DNA of 64,000 nucleotides from Planctomycetota bacterium (lineage in GTDB: Bacteria; Planctomycetota; Phycisphaerae; UBA1845), in the NCBI GenBank assembly GCA_043803085.1, contig JAZDKM010000247.1:3315-67314 (forward strand). Reading direction: 5' to 3'. Position 1 is the stretch's first letter. The number at the start of each line of letters is the position of its first letter. The notes below the pieces were generated by a model, which saw nothing but the letters and a program-made list of their open reading frames with translations, searched no databases and had not been told where the DNA came from. Of this stretch, positions 9,974-19,776 are shown in pieces. The position numbers and the translations under genes were made by a program.

Positions 9974-10618
9974 ATGTCGGACGAGATTGTAGCACCTGGG
10001 AAACGTGGAAGTCAATTCATAGACTTGGTGGGCCAGCGGTTCGGTTTGCTTACGGTCATCGCGGAGAGTCAGGTTCGCGCGAAGGACGGTCATGTCCTGT
10101 GGGATTGCGACTGCGATTGTGGGGGAAGGAAAACCATCAGTTCCCATGCTCTCAGGAGAGGCCATACAACAAGTTGCGGGTGCAAATCCTTGAAGCATGG
10201 TCTTGCACGCACCAAAGCCTATAACGCCTGGAAGGGCATGATGCACAGATGCTACAACGCCAAGTGCGCGGCCTATCAAGACTACGGGGCGCGTGGCATT
10301 CTGGTCTGTGACCGATGGCATTCTGTCGAGGCGTTCTGCGAGGACATGGCCGAGGGATGCAGGCCCGGTCTCAGCCTTGACCGCATCGACAATAATGGAC
10401 CCTATTGCAAGTCCAATTGCCGCTGGGCCACACAAAAGCAGCAGTGCAATAACAGACGAAACAATGTGAGTCTCACACATCTCGGCAGAACAATGACTAT
10501 AAGTGAATGGGCCAGAGAACTCGGGATGACCCCGCAGGCCCTCTGGTATAGAATTAGAGGTGGCATGTCCACGGGCGATGCGCTGACCTTGCCCCACCAG
10601 AACGTGCCGCCCAAGTAA
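9974..10618 (+). CDS. HNH homing endonuclease, inverted in the late operon
   Basis: IDLVGQRFGLLTVI...WDCDCDCG...SCGC, YGARGILVCDRW and SLDRIDNNGPYCKSNCRWAT motifs; lower GC than its flanks. Confidence 0.85.
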   Translation: MSDEIVAPGKRGSQFIDLVGQRFGLLTVIAESQVRAKDGHVLWDCDCDCGGRKTISSHALRRGHTTSCGCKSLKHGLARTKAYNAWKGMMHRCYNAKCAAYQDYGARGILVCDRWHSVEAFCEDMAEGCRPGLSLDRIDNNGPYCKSNCRWATQKQQCNNRRNNVSLTHLGRTMTISEWARELGMTPQALWYRIRGGMSTGDALTLPHQNVPPK

Positions 10619-10627
10619 ATACGACAT

Positions 10628-10786
10628 TCATTGTCCCTTTCTCTTCCTCGCGCCCTTGATCCTCTGAAACAGGCGCACGAGCGTCGCCCAGTGGCGGCGG
10701 CCCTTGCCGTAGCGGCCCCCGAGTTTCCGCTTGGCCTCGGACCAGGCCCGCTCGTCCGCCGGCGTCTTGACGAGGTTCGCCGGCAT
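10628..10786 (-). CDS. Small basic phage protein
   Basis: MPANLVKTPADERAWSEAK..., translationally coupled (TGATG). Confidence 0.5.
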   Translation of the reverse strand: MPANLVKTPADERAWSEAKRKLGGRYGKGRRHWATLVRLFQRIKGARKRKGQ

Positions 10787-11112
10787 CAGGGCCGCTCCCG
10801 CAGCATCTGCTTGATCTCGCCCAACTGGTCCTTCATCCCCTCCGTCTGGGCCTCGATCCGGACGAGGGCCTGGTTGTACATCTCCACGATCTTGTCCTGC
10901 TCGCGGTCGAGCTGCTGCTGGCTGCTCCACTTCTGCTGCTGCTCTTTGCAGTGGACGGCGACGTCGGATTCCAGGCGCTTCACATTGCCCCATTCCAGCG
11001 CCCCCAGGGCAACCGCCCCGAGAATGGCCAACAGTCCCATGCCGTTGAGACTCTTGACGATCCAGTTGCCCGCCCCGTTGTGATTCGCGCTGGTCATCGT
11101 TCGTTCCCTCAT
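10786..11112 (-). CDS. Single-TM coiled-coil membrane protein (holin-like)
   Basis: One hydrophobic helix followed by a coiled coil; located in the late operon. Confidence 0.45.
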   Translation of the reverse strand: MRERTMTSANHNGAGNWIVKSLNGMGLLAILGAVALGALEWGNVKRLESDVAVHCKEQQQKWSSQQQLDREQDKIVEMYNQALVRIEAQTEGMKDQLGEIKQMLRERP

Positions 11113-11119
11113 CGATCCG

Positions 11120-13069
11120 TTACGGTTCCCACTTGAACATGTCGTCCGAGCAGTTCGGGTCGTAGCCGCTCACGATGTCCCAGACCCCCGTCGTCGCGCA
11201 GTCGATCTGGACCCGGCAGGCTGGGTCATCCAGCCGCAGGTACTTGCCCGAGAGCTTGAGGCGGAAGATCTCCGAGCCGTTCGGATCGATGATGATGTCG
11301 TTCGCATCGACATCCTGGAACTGATACCGCATCCCCGCCGCCGCCGGCAGCAGGGTGAAGGTGATCGTCCCGGTCGCCCCGCCGTTGGAAAAGGTCTTGC
11401 CGTTGTCGGCGGCGGTCAAGGTGTAGCTCGCGCTCTTGGAGACCCCGCCCGGTACGGTGGGCAGCGGCGTGAAGGTCGCCTTCGTCGTCTCGGTCGCGAA
11501 GTCGCCCGTCGTATAGCACAGCCAGCCCATCGGGTAGCCGCCGTCGACGGCGTCCCGCCAGACGATATCGCCGTCCTCGTAGTAGTAGCTGTCCGGCTGA
11601 TTGTGGTCCCGGTAAGTCGCGATCCAGTCGGCCCCGGCGTCGCCGCTCTTCTGGTAGACGGGGTACGAGGGATAGCCCGCCCCCGCCAGTCCGATCGCCT
11701 GGAAGCCCGGGGCCTTCAGATTGCCCGTCCCGTCCGTGCCCCGGCCCAGCTCGATCACCTTGTCCGTCGAGCCGGTGAAGTCGCCGGCCGTGAACTGGGT
11801 CGCCAGCGAGACGACGGAGAGACAGGAGGCCCCGATCAGGACGTTGTTCTCGAACCGGCAGCCCCCGATCAGCAGGGGGACCGTCATATTGTAATCGACC
11901 ACGGGATCGCCGGGCGACGCCTCATCCTGATGCCCGCCCCAGAGCATATTGGAGCCGAGCGTGGCATCCCCGGCCGCCGCGCCGGCGCCCGTGACGAGAA
12001 AGACATCGCTCTCCGAGGTCCAGCCGAAGAGCTTCACCCGGGCCAGCGTATTGGACAGGATGATGTCGGCGGTCGTATTGGCCCCGAAGGTCACATCGTA
12101 GCCGTTGAACTGCCCCTGATTGACGTCGACCCCGTAGGTAGTAGCGGTCCGCACGGAGCCGCCGTACCAGGAGACCTCCCGGCTGCCGCCGTCGATCCGC
12201 AGGCCGGTCCCGCTGGAATGGATATGGCACTGGATGAAGGTCGTGAAGTCCATCGTCGCGTCCGCGTGCTGGGCGAGCTGGATCCCGTAGGTCGCGCAGT
12301 CGCTCACCCACACGTTCAGGAAGGTATTGCCCTGGCTGGTGACCAGGGGGTCCGTCGTGGTGACCCGGATCCCCGTAACGCCCGCCAGATCGTTCCCGTC
12401 GAGCCGCAGCCCCTCGAACTGGCCGCCCGTCAGGGCCAGCAGGTCCAGCATGATGTCGGAGACCGCGCCGTCCCAGGCGATAGTCGGGGCGCCGAGGCCC
12501 ATCAGGCGAAAGCCGTTGACCTCCGTCGCCCCCGTGCCCACGCTCAGGGTCGCCGTGATCCGGTAGGTCCCCGCCGGCACGAGAACGGCATAGCCGGAGG
12601 CGACGGCCGCGTCGAAGGCCGCCTGCAGGGCAACCGTATCGTCCGTGGTGGCGTCGCCCGTCGCCCCGTAGGGCGGCTGCGTGACATTGAGCCATTGGGG
12701 CGGCTTGGAGCCCATCGTGGTCGCCCCGTCGAAATACGGGATGTCCCCGGCGTTCGGGTCGAGGCCGGCCAGGGCGTCGAGCAGGGCATCATGCTGCTGG
12801 GCGTCGAGCGTCGTCCGGGCCGCCGCCGCCGTGGCGTCGTCCAGGACGGTCCGCATGTAGGAGGAGGTATAGGGCGGGATGGGTGTCCCCGAGCCCGCCC
12901 GGCAGTTAAGCGTCCAGGACAGCAGTAGGAGCAAAGACGCCGCCGTCCGGGCGGCGGAGCTTGATCCCCAGCTCGTCCCGGAGCAGCTTCGCCCGGTTCT
13001 CTTTACGCTTGGCATCGAAATTCTCCGCCTCATGGCGGGCATTGTAGGCAGCCTCGCGCAGGGCCGCAC
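11120..13069 (-). CDS. Tail spike/fibre with pectate-lyase-like beta-helix; true start uncertain (between about 12,860 and 13,070)
   Basis: RTVLDDATAAAARTTL fibre motif and NVTQPPYGATGDATTDDTVALQAAFDAA...VPAGTYRI pectate_lyase_3 signature. Confidence 0.75.
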   Translation of the reverse strand: MRPCARLPTMPAMRRRISMPSVKRTGRSCSGTSWGSSSAARTAASLLLLLSWTLNCRAGSGTPIPPYTSSYMRTVLDDATAAAARTTLDAQQHDALLDALAGLDPNAGDIPYFDGATTMGSKPPQWLNVTQPPYGATGDATTDDTVALQAAFDAAVASGYAVLVPAGTYRITATLSVGTGATEVNGFRLMGLGAPTIAWDGAVSDIMLDLLALTGGQFEGLRLDGNDLAGVTGIRVTTTDPLVTSQGNTFLNVWVSDCATYGIQLAQHADATMDFTTFIQCHIHSSGTGLRIDGGSREVSWYGGSVRTATTYGVDVNQGQFNGYDVTFGANTTADIILSNTLARVKLFGWTSESDVFLVTGAGAAAGDATLGSNMLWGGHQDEASPGDPVVDYNMTVPLLIGGCRFENNVLIGASCLSVVSLATQFTAGDFTGSTDKVIELGRGTDGTGNLKAPGFQAIGLAGAGYPSYPVYQKSGDAGADWIATYRDHNQPDSYYYEDGDIVWRDAVDGGYPMGWLCYTTGDFATETTKATFTPLPTVPGGVSKSASYTLTAADNGKTFSNGGATGTITFTLLPAAAGMRYQFQDVDANDIIIDPNGSEIFRLKLSGKYLRLDDPACRVQIDCATTGVWDIVSGYDPNCSDDMFKWEP

Positions 13070-13349
13070 CCGCCGTCGTTTCAGGGTCCGGATGGAGGTA
13101 CGAGAGGAACTTGGCGCAGGTCTCCGGTCCGACGTTCGGAAAACCCGGCCCGATCTCCAGGATGGGCAGGAAGACGCTGCGGTAGCACAGCCACCTGGCC
13201 AGCATGAAGACGCCCGTCCGGCCGTGGCGGTAGCAAAAGAGGGAGTCCCGCAGGACCTCGTCGGACCCGCAGCGGTTGCGGCACCAGCGGAGGAACTCCG
13301 GGACCCCCGGGATCAGCTCGATCAGTTTCGGATCGTATACGCCCGCCAT
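12906..13349 (-). CDS. Hypothetical phage protein
   Basis: 147 aa, natural-looking sequence in the late operon. Confidence 0.5.
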   Translation of the reverse strand: MAGVYDPKLIELIPGVPEFLRWCRNRCGSDEVLRDSLFCYRHGRTGVFMLARWLCYRSVFLPILEIGPGFPNVGPETCAKFLSYLHPDPETTAGAALREAAYNARHEAENFDAKRKENRAKLLRDELGIKLRRPDGGVFAPTAVLDA

Positions 13350-13430
13350 AGAAGGTTCCTCACGCCAGGCGCATGATCAGCCAGCCGATGGTTACGCCGC
13401 TCACGACACAGACGATAGGCAGCCAGCGGA

Positions 13431-15989
13431 TCATTGCGCCGTCACCGTCACCCCGGCCGCCAGGGGCCGCCAGACCATGTACCAGGTGATATGGTCGCCC
13501 ACGGCCCCGCCGGGATCGGCGGACATCTCCTGCTCGATCATCCCGATAGGGCACCACCAGGTCTTGGCGAAGTTCGTGGACCCGCCCGCCGCCCCGCCCG
13601 TCAGCGGGGTCAGGACGGAGGGATTGGCGGCAGTGAAGACGTAGGTAGTACCTGCCGCATCATCCGTGATCGCCACGGCAGTCGAGTAATCCTTGTCGTA
13701 GGCCGCCCCGGCCGTGGCGTCGGACCATATCTTGCAGGTCGTGACGACGGCCCCGATCAGGACATCGACGTGCCCGGTCAGCGACAGGATCTCGATAGGT
13801 CCGCCCGCCACGGCGAACAGGTCCTGGGTCACCTCGTCCGCCGCGACGGTCGAGACCCGCGGCTGCCAGTAGAGAACGGAATTGACGTCCATATCCGCCT
13901 GGACCTTGTCACCGATCTGGGAGATCCCCGCGAGATCATCGGTGACGGCCTTCACCAGCGTCAGGTTGGCCTCGGTGGCGATCTCCAGATCGGCCCCCGC
14001 CAGCAAGGTCCGCAGCTCCGCCGCCGTGTCCATAGCGGAAGTATCCGCCAGGACGGCCGTCAGGTTGGCCTCGGTGGCGATCTCCAGGTCCGCTCCGGCG
14101 AGGAGCGTCCGCAGCTCGGCGGCCGTGTCCATGGCGGCGGTATCGGCCAGGACGGCCGTCAAGTTCGCCTCGGTCGCCAGCTCAAGATTGCTGCCGACGA
14201 GCAAGGTCCGCAATTCCGAAGCGCTATCCATGGCGGCGGTGTCGGTCAGGATGGCCGTCACATTGGAGGCGATGGTGGAGTTGGCGTCCATCGTCGCGTG
14301 CACGGTGTCGGCGATCTCGTCGGTGGCCCCGGCGGAGATCTCGCTGGCCGTGATGGCATTGGCCGCGATCTCGGCCGCTCCGATGGCGTCGGTCGCGATG
14401 GCGTCGGCGGCGATGGCCGCAGAGGCAAAGGTGGCGGCGTCGATGGCCCCATTGGCGATTTCGGTCGCCCCGATAGCATCGTTGGCAATCTCAGCGCTGG
14501 TGATGGCGTCGGCCGCGATAGCGCCGGCATCGATGGCGTCATCGGCAATCTCGCTGGCCGTGATCGCGTTGGCCGCAATCTCGGCTGCCCCGATGGCATC
14601 GGTAGCGATAGCCCCGGCGTCGATCGCGTCGTCCGCGACCTCCGCCGCCGCGATAGCGTTGGTGGCGATAGCCCCGGCGTCGATTGCCCCGTCGGCGATC
14701 TCGCTGCTGGTGATAGCATCCGCCGCAATGGCCCCGGCGTCGATCGCGTCGTCCGCGATCTCGCTGGCGCCGATGGCGTTGGCCGCGAGCTCCGCTGCCC
14801 CGATCGCATCCGTGGCGATGGCGGTGGCGTCGATGGCCGCTGACGCGAAGGTAGCGGCGTCGATGGCGGCGTCGGCGATCTCGGTGGCTGTAATGGCCCC
14901 GTTGGCGATCTCGGCGGTGGTAATCGCATCAGCGGCGATAGCGTCGGCGTCGATGGCGGCAGTCGCAATGGCCGCCGCATCAATGCTGCCGGCCCCAACT
15001 GTCGCCACTACGCTCTGGGATTCCGTATCGCCGTCCCCGATGGTCTTGTAGACGTTGCCCATCAGGCCCAGGCCGCCGGTGTCCACGTAGTTGCCACTCG
15101 TAATGAAGGTGCAGTCGCGGATCATGCCGAGGTTACCGGTCCCCTGGGCCTCGATCCCGAATTCGTCCGTATTGGCGTTGTAGAAATCGCAGCCCTTGAC
15201 CAACACCTTCGTGAGGGCCTGGTCGGAAAAGACGCAGGCCGTGGCCCAGTCGCCGTAGAAGATGGACTCCTCGAACCGCAGGCCGACGACGGCGCCGTCG
15301 CCGATATCGACCGCCACGGTCGCCCCGGCCGCCGCGGCACTGGTCCAGCGGCAGCGGAGGAAGGCCAGGTCGTTCGCCTCGGTGACGACATCGACGGCCG
15401 TCAGGAACTCGTAGGCCGCCGTGGCGCTATCGAGCCACTCGCAGTCGATGAACGTGACGTTATCCGCCCCGTCCTCGATCTGGACACCGACGACCACCGC
15501 GCTGATCCCGGCCTCGAAGGTCAGGTTCTGGAGCGTGGCGCCGTCGCCCGTGCGGCCGACGACGAACGTGCCGTCCGTGTCCGTGAAGGTGAACTTCGGG
15601 CGGGCGGGCCCGTAGCCCAGGCCGATGATCGTGATCCCGGAGACGTCGACGTCGACGCCGCCGGCGGCGGCGAAACTCTCCGCGTGGTACGGGGCGACGA
15701 CGATCACATTGTTGTTGCTCGCGGTGCAGCGGCCGACGGCGTAATCGAGCGTGGCGAACGGGCGCTGGAAGCCCTCCCCGTGCCAGCCGTCCGCGGCATC
15801 GCTGGCCTCCGCGGCGGTCGAGCTCACGAAGAACACGTTCGCATTGGACTTGAGGATCTCGGGCACCGCCGACAGGTCGTAGGGCCCGGTGAAGCGGTAC
15901 TGGTTCAAGAGGTTGTGGGCCGTCTCCCCCAGCGCGGGCGGGAGCCGGAGCAGGGCGAGCAGGCAGGCGAATAGGAACACACGTTTCAT
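13431..15989 (-). CDS. Capsid-adjacent beta-helix/repeat protein with Sec-type signal peptide
   Basis: Start MKRVFLFACLLALLRLPPALG|E; PFATLDYAVGRCTA beta-helix cap; AIDAGAIAAD/AITASEIADD repeats. Confidence 0.75.
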   Translation of the reverse strand: MKRVFLFACLLALLRLPPALGETAHNLLNQYRFTGPYDLSAVPEILKSNANVFFVSSTAAEASDAADGWHGEGFQRPFATLDYAVGRCTASNNNVIVVAPYHAESFAAAGGVDVDVSGITIIGLGYGPARPKFTFTDTDGTFVVGRTGDGATLQNLTFEAGISAVVVGVQIEDGADNVTFIDCEWLDSATAAYEFLTAVDVVTEANDLAFLRCRWTSAAAAGATVAVDIGDGAVVGLRFEESIFYGDWATACVFSDQALTKVLVKGCDFYNANTDEFGIEAQGTGNLGMIRDCTFITSGNYVDTGGLGLMGNVYKTIGDGDTESQSVVATVGAGSIDAAAIATAAIDADAIAADAITTAEIANGAITATEIADAAIDAATFASAAIDATAIATDAIGAAELAANAIGASEIADDAIDAGAIAADAITSSEIADGAIDAGAIATNAIAAAEVADDAIDAGAIATDAIGAAEIAANAITASEIADDAIDAGAIAADAITSAEIANDAIGATEIANGAIDAATFASAAIAADAIATDAIGAAEIAANAITASEISAGATDEIADTVHATMDANSTIASNVTAILTDTAAMDSASELRTLLVGSNLELATEANLTAVLADTAAMDTAAELRTLLAGADLEIATEANLTAVLADTSAMDTAAELRTLLAGADLEIATEANLTLVKAVTDDLAGISQIGDKVQADMDVNSVLYWQPRVSTVAADEVTQDLFAVAGGPIEILSLTGHVDVLIGAVVTTCKIWSDATAGAAYDKDYSTAVAITDDAAGTTYVFTAANPSVLTPLTGGAAGGSTNFAKTWWCPIGMIEQEMSADPGGAVGDHITWYMVWRPLAAGVTVTAQ
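13962..14260 (-). repeat. Three 99-bp (33-aa) intragenic tandem repeats
   Basis: NLTAVLADTAAMDTAAELRTLLAGADLEIATEA units with 99-nt periodicity. Confidence 0.85.
14330..14990 (-). repeat. Intragenic 30/60-bp (10/20-aa) tandem repeats
   Basis: About 20 units of AIDAGAIAxD / AITAxEIAxx. Confidence 0.85.
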
Positions 15990-16121
15990 GGTCGGATCTC
16001 CAATTTTCGATGGTTGCCCGTCGACGGGAAAATCAAACATCTTTCACCCATCAGACTTTCTTTACAAAGCCGGGAGCGCCGGCCAGGCCGGACGCCCCCG
16101 GTCGAGCTTCCAAAGCGTCAC

Positions 16122-17762
16122 TCACACGAGCAGCGCGATGCCGGTCGTCTCCGTGATCCCGGAGACCTTGATCCCCTGCGGGTAGATGGGCACCAGCAGG
16201 GCGAACCGGATCCAGGGCGTGCCCGTGATCAGGTTGGGCGTCCCGTTCGAGTTCGGGTGCTCCGGCACCTCGATGCCCGGATAGCCGAGCAGCGGGCCGA
16301 GGAACTGGATGCCCTCGGCGAACCCGTTTTTCTGGCTCCCGACGATCATCGGGGTGTACATCTTGAGGTTCTCCGGCGAGATCGCCTGTCCGTACAACGT
16401 CTTCGCCAGGCAGTAGGGACTGGTCCACCACTGGTAGGTCCCCTCCGGCGTGACGTAATTCGAGAGCGTCCAGCCGCCCTTGACCTCGAAGGGCAGGTTC
16501 GTGCGGTTCCAGGTACTGGTCGCCGTCGAGGACCGCATCTCCGCCTTCATCGCGCCGATCACCCCGCCCGTCGTGATCAGGGCGTTGATCTTGACGCGGG
16601 GCGAGCGCTCCGCCGCCAGCCGGAGCAGCTCATCGAGCGTGTCCTCGGTCAGCGGCCCGGCCAGGTTGTTGATTATGAGCGATTTGAACTGGGGGAACTC
16701 CGCCAGGTCGAGGCCCTCGGATCCCGCCGCCCCGCCCAGGATCACGCCGCTGTCCGCCATCCAGTCGTTCAGGCCGTTGGTCAGCCAGGGCCGCGTCGCG
16801 GCGATATACGTGCTGGCCGCCCGGGGGCAGATCCAGTCATAGTTGGCCACGCCGTTGGTCCCCTGCCAGCCGGTGATGTCGTCGAAGGCCGTGATCGCCT
16901 CGGTCGTACCCGTCCCGCGGGCCACGCCGTTCACGCTGATCGTGTTCGTCAGCCGGTCCACCTTTGCGACCGTCAGCTGGACGTGCAGGCCGGCCGCGGT
17001 GTAATTGCGGACGTCCGTGCCGTCCGTCGCGACCCCGTCCTGGAGGGTGCCCGCGACGGTCGCCGAGCCGCCGGAGTTGGCGACGATATCGAGCTCCATG
17101 CCCTCGATGAAGTTGTTGATCGCCCCGTACTTCTCATCGATCACGATGTCCACGAAGTTGGCGTTCGTGGTCCCGGCCGCGATATAGTGCGTCGCCTTGG
17201 CGAACGAGGTGATCCGGGACAGGACGGTCACCTTGTAGCTGCTGGCCCCGGTCGCCCGGTGGGCGAAGTAGGAGATCGCATCCTGCCGGCGGGTCATCTC
17301 GGCGCAACCCTGCATGTCCTCGTAGAGGACCTTGAACTGCATGGCGCTGAGGTTCTCGGCGAGCTTCCACTGGAGGGGAATGCCCATATTGCCGATGTTC
17401 GCGTGGATCTGCAGCTCCCGCGTGAACCAGCCGACGTGCGGCGCTTCCGCCGCCGAGGGGATGGGCGAGAGCAGGCCGTCGGCGTTCGAGGCGTCGGTGA
17501 ACCGGCCCTGCGTGCCGATGTCCACGACGGCCGCGCCCAGCGGACTGGTCGGCCGCGTCATGCCGGCGATCCCCTGCCGCCAGCCGTGTTTGACCTTGAA
17601 GAGCCGGCCGATGTCGCGCTGGTTGCCGTCGGTCATCGTGATGCCGCTCTTGGTGCGCTGGGCGTACTTGAGGATCGGCATCTGCTCCTCCTCCGCCTGC
17701 ATCAGCGCCTGGGGAAAAGGTTCCTTGATGAGGGTGTTCAAAGTGGAAGTCAAATCTGCCAT
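16122..17762 (-). CDS. Major capsid protein A (large, with probable insertion domain)
   Basis: 546 aa, directly after portal and scaffold; N-terminus MADLTSTLNTLIKE and capsid-like C-terminus (QGIKVSGITE). Confidence 0.7.
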   Translation of the reverse strand: MADLTSTLNTLIKEPFPQALMQAEEEQMPILKYAQRTKSGITMTDGNQRDIGRLFKVKHGWRQGIAGMTRPTSPLGAAVVDIGTQGRFTDASNADGLLSPIPSAAEAPHVGWFTRELQIHANIGNMGIPLQWKLAENLSAMQFKVLYEDMQGCAEMTRRQDAISYFAHRATGASSYKVTVLSRITSFAKATHYIAAGTTNANFVDIVIDEKYGAINNFIEGMELDIVANSGGSATVAGTLQDGVATDGTDVRNYTAAGLHVQLTVAKVDRLTNTISVNGVARGTGTTEAITAFDDITGWQGTNGVANYDWICPRAASTYIAATRPWLTNGLNDWMADSGVILGGAAGSEGLDLAEFPQFKSLIINNLAGPLTEDTLDELLRLAAERSPRVKINALITTGGVIGAMKAEMRSSTATSTWNRTNLPFEVKGGWTLSNYVTPEGTYQWWTSPYCLAKTLYGQAISPENLKMYTPMIVGSQKNGFAEGIQFLGPLLGYPGIEVPEHPNSNGTPNLITGTPWIRFALLVPIYPQGIKVSGITETTGIALLV

Positions 17763-17846
17763 GGCAGTATCCCTTCGTTGTCGTGGTTCTCTGTGCTCGA
17801 CCACAAACGTCAGGACACCGTCGGTGCGCCCGGCAAGTGCTGGTCC

Positions 17847-18836
17847 TTAGCCCGTTGCCGCCATCTGCTCGCGGGCCAGCTTCTGGGCCGCCCGCTTGGC
17901 CATCTCTTCCGGCCAGGTGGCGTCGAACTTGGGGATTGCAGTCAAATCTTCGTCGGATAGAACCTTCAGCGGCGCATCATCAGGCGACCTCCCGCCCAGC
18001 AAAATGGGTTGGGGAAGAGCCTTGTCCAGGATGGTCTGCGGATTCATGGTTTCCACGAACCGCGCGGCGATAGCGGGGATTTCCCCCAGGATATCGCCGC
18101 CCTCTCCGGAACCGCGCAGCTCTACGATTCGTCCACGTGCCTGCTGATCTACAGTGCCTATCGCAATCTTGTCATACGCCGCCATGATCGCTTTCTTGTT
18201 GGCGTCGCTGCCAAGCTTGGCTTCTACGGCCTTGCGTTTCGGATCGTTGGCAAGGGCCTTCGTGATATTTTCCTTGAGGATTTTTTCGCCCTCCGCGTCG
18301 AGCAGCTCGCCCACGAAGGCCCTGTGATGCTTCGTGGGCAGCAAGAGCTCCCGGACTTCGGGGTCCAGCTCCACCAGCTTGACTTGCCGCGGCTGGTCGG
18401 TCGCCGCGGCCCGCGGGGCGGGCTTTTTGTCCTTGCCGTTTTTCCCGTCGTCGGCGGCGGCCAGGAGGGCCTCGGGGTCCGAGACCAGTCGGCTCGCCAC
18501 GAGCATGATGTCGGCGGGGTCGGCGTCCTCGCCGTTGTCCTGGGCGGCCTTGATCCGGTCCGCCGCGTCCACGACCTTCAGGGCATCCTTCGCCTTTTTG
18601 ACCGCCTCGTCCGCCCCGCCCGCCTTCGCCTTGCCCTGGACGGCGTCCCAAACGCTGAATTCCTGCTCCCGGCCGGCGATCTGGTGCTTGACCTTCAGTT
18701 GCTCCATCGCCGTGCGGGAAAGCGGCTCTTTCGTATCGAAGGCAATCGTCCCCGTGGCCGCCTCGACGTGCTCGAGGTTGGCCTTGAGGTACTCTTTCTG
18801 CTCGTCCGTCAAGGGTTTGGTGAAGTCGATGTCCAT
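17847..18836 (-). CDS. Capsid scaffolding protein A
   Basis: 329 aa, charged and helical; LKVKHQIAGREQEFSV motif; lies between portal and capsid. Confidence 0.65.
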   Translation of the reverse strand: MDIDFTKPLTDEQKEYLKANLEHVEAATGTIAFDTKEPLSRTAMEQLKVKHQIAGREQEFSVWDAVQGKAKAGGADEAVKKAKDALKVVDAADRIKAAQDNGEDADPADIMLVASRLVSDPEALLAAADDGKNGKDKKPAPRAAATDQPRQVKLVELDPEVRELLLPTKHHRAFVGELLDAEGEKILKENITKALANDPKRKAVEAKLGSDANKKAIMAAYDKIAIGTVDQQARGRIVELRGSGEGGDILGEIPAIAARFVETMNPQTILDKALPQPILLGGRSPDDAPLKVLSDEDLTAIPKFDATWPEEMAKRAAQKLAREQMAATG

Positions 18837-18907
18837 TCAACTCCCTTATCAAAGCCCGACCAATCAGGATTGGCAATTACTTAGTAGCCAATCCTATTTC
18901 GGTGCAA

Positions 18908-18997
18908 TTCCTACCTACAGCCCCCCCCGGTTGTCAAGAAAAAAAATACGGACCGTCAAAATTTTGGTTGACGGGATGGGCGACACAGTGTTAAGCT
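18908..18997. promoter_or_regulatory. Divergent sigma70-type promoters
   Basis: Minus strand: TTGACA (18937-18932) with a G8 tract in the spacer, then TAGGAA. Plus strand: TTGACG-N18-TAAGCT (18968-18997). Confidence 0.5.
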
Positions 18998-19148
18998 GGG
19001 TACTATGGTTTCAGCCACGTCCCACAAACCGTCAGTGCCAAGCAGGGCCCGCGTACCTTCCGTGGCTGGAACCGCGCGGGCCTTGTTCCTGCGCGCCCCC
19101 GATCCGTCCGGGGCGCGCAGTTTTCCATTCCGGAAGGGAGGATGATCC

Positions 19149-19385
19149 GTGGAAGCATTTTCCATCAGTTGCAGCGGCGACGCGGAGAGCGTGAGCCAGG
19201 CCTTGGTCGAGCTCGCGGACCGGATGTTTGCAGCCGACAAGCGAACCGGCCGGTTCGCGCATATCCCCTATGCGGACTCCGAAGAGTTCGAGCGGGGCTA
19301 TAGCATCGGGGTGGCGGCCGTGCTCACGAAGATGGTGCACGGCCAATTGTCGTTCTCGGTGGGAGATAAGAGCGGGAAAAGATAG
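19149..19385 (+). CDS. Hypothetical protein (moron)
   Basis: 78 aa, GGAG RBS and GTG start, opposite to the late operon. Confidence 0.5.
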   Translation: MEAFSISCSGDAESVSQALVELADRMFAADKRTGRFAHIPYADSEEFERGYSIGVAAVLTKMVHGQLSFSVGDKSGKR

Positions 19386-19751
19386 ATGCCACAGAAAAAG
19401 ACCATCAAGGTATCGCCTAAAGCCTACGCATTGTTCCAGGCCGAGTTTGAACGCTGGCAAGCGGTCTTCGGTCTGTCCCACTACCGAGTGATCTTTCGCT
19501 TCGAGCCCCTGGGAAAGTCCTATACGATGGTCGGCACGAGTGAGATGGATAAATACGCCATCGTCACTCTGACCAGCGAGCTCAAGCCGGAAGAGGTAGA
19601 AGGCTTCGACCCCGTCCGGAGCGCCAAGCACGAGGGAATCCACCTGCTCTTGCGTCGGTTCGCCTGGCTCGCCTCTTGCCGCTATCTGATGGCGGAAGAC
19701 CTCGAAGAGGAGGAGCACGCGATCGTGCGCCGTCTGGAGGCCGTCCTCTGA
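19386..19751 (+). CDS. Small HExxH zinc metallopeptidase-like protein
   Basis: AKHEGIHLLL motif plus a downstream EEEE third-ligand helix. Confidence 0.65.
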   Translation: MPQKKTIKVSPKAYALFQAEFERWQAVFGLSHYRVIFRFEPLGKSYTMVGTSEMDKYAIVTLTSELKPEEVEGFDPVRSAKHEGIHLLLRRFAWLASCRYLMAEDLEEEEHAIVRRLEAVL

Positions 19752-19776
19752 CAAATCATCAATCATCCCTCATCAA

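Noticed and set aside
10628-11112. Lysis cassette
   Set aside because: Only a holin-like membrane protein is present; no endolysin or spanin was recognisable, and they may lie outside the window
13962-14990. Regular repeats as a possible CRISPR array or DGR template/variable pair
   Set aside because: In-frame coding repeats without unique spacers; no reverse transcriptase or cas gene in the window
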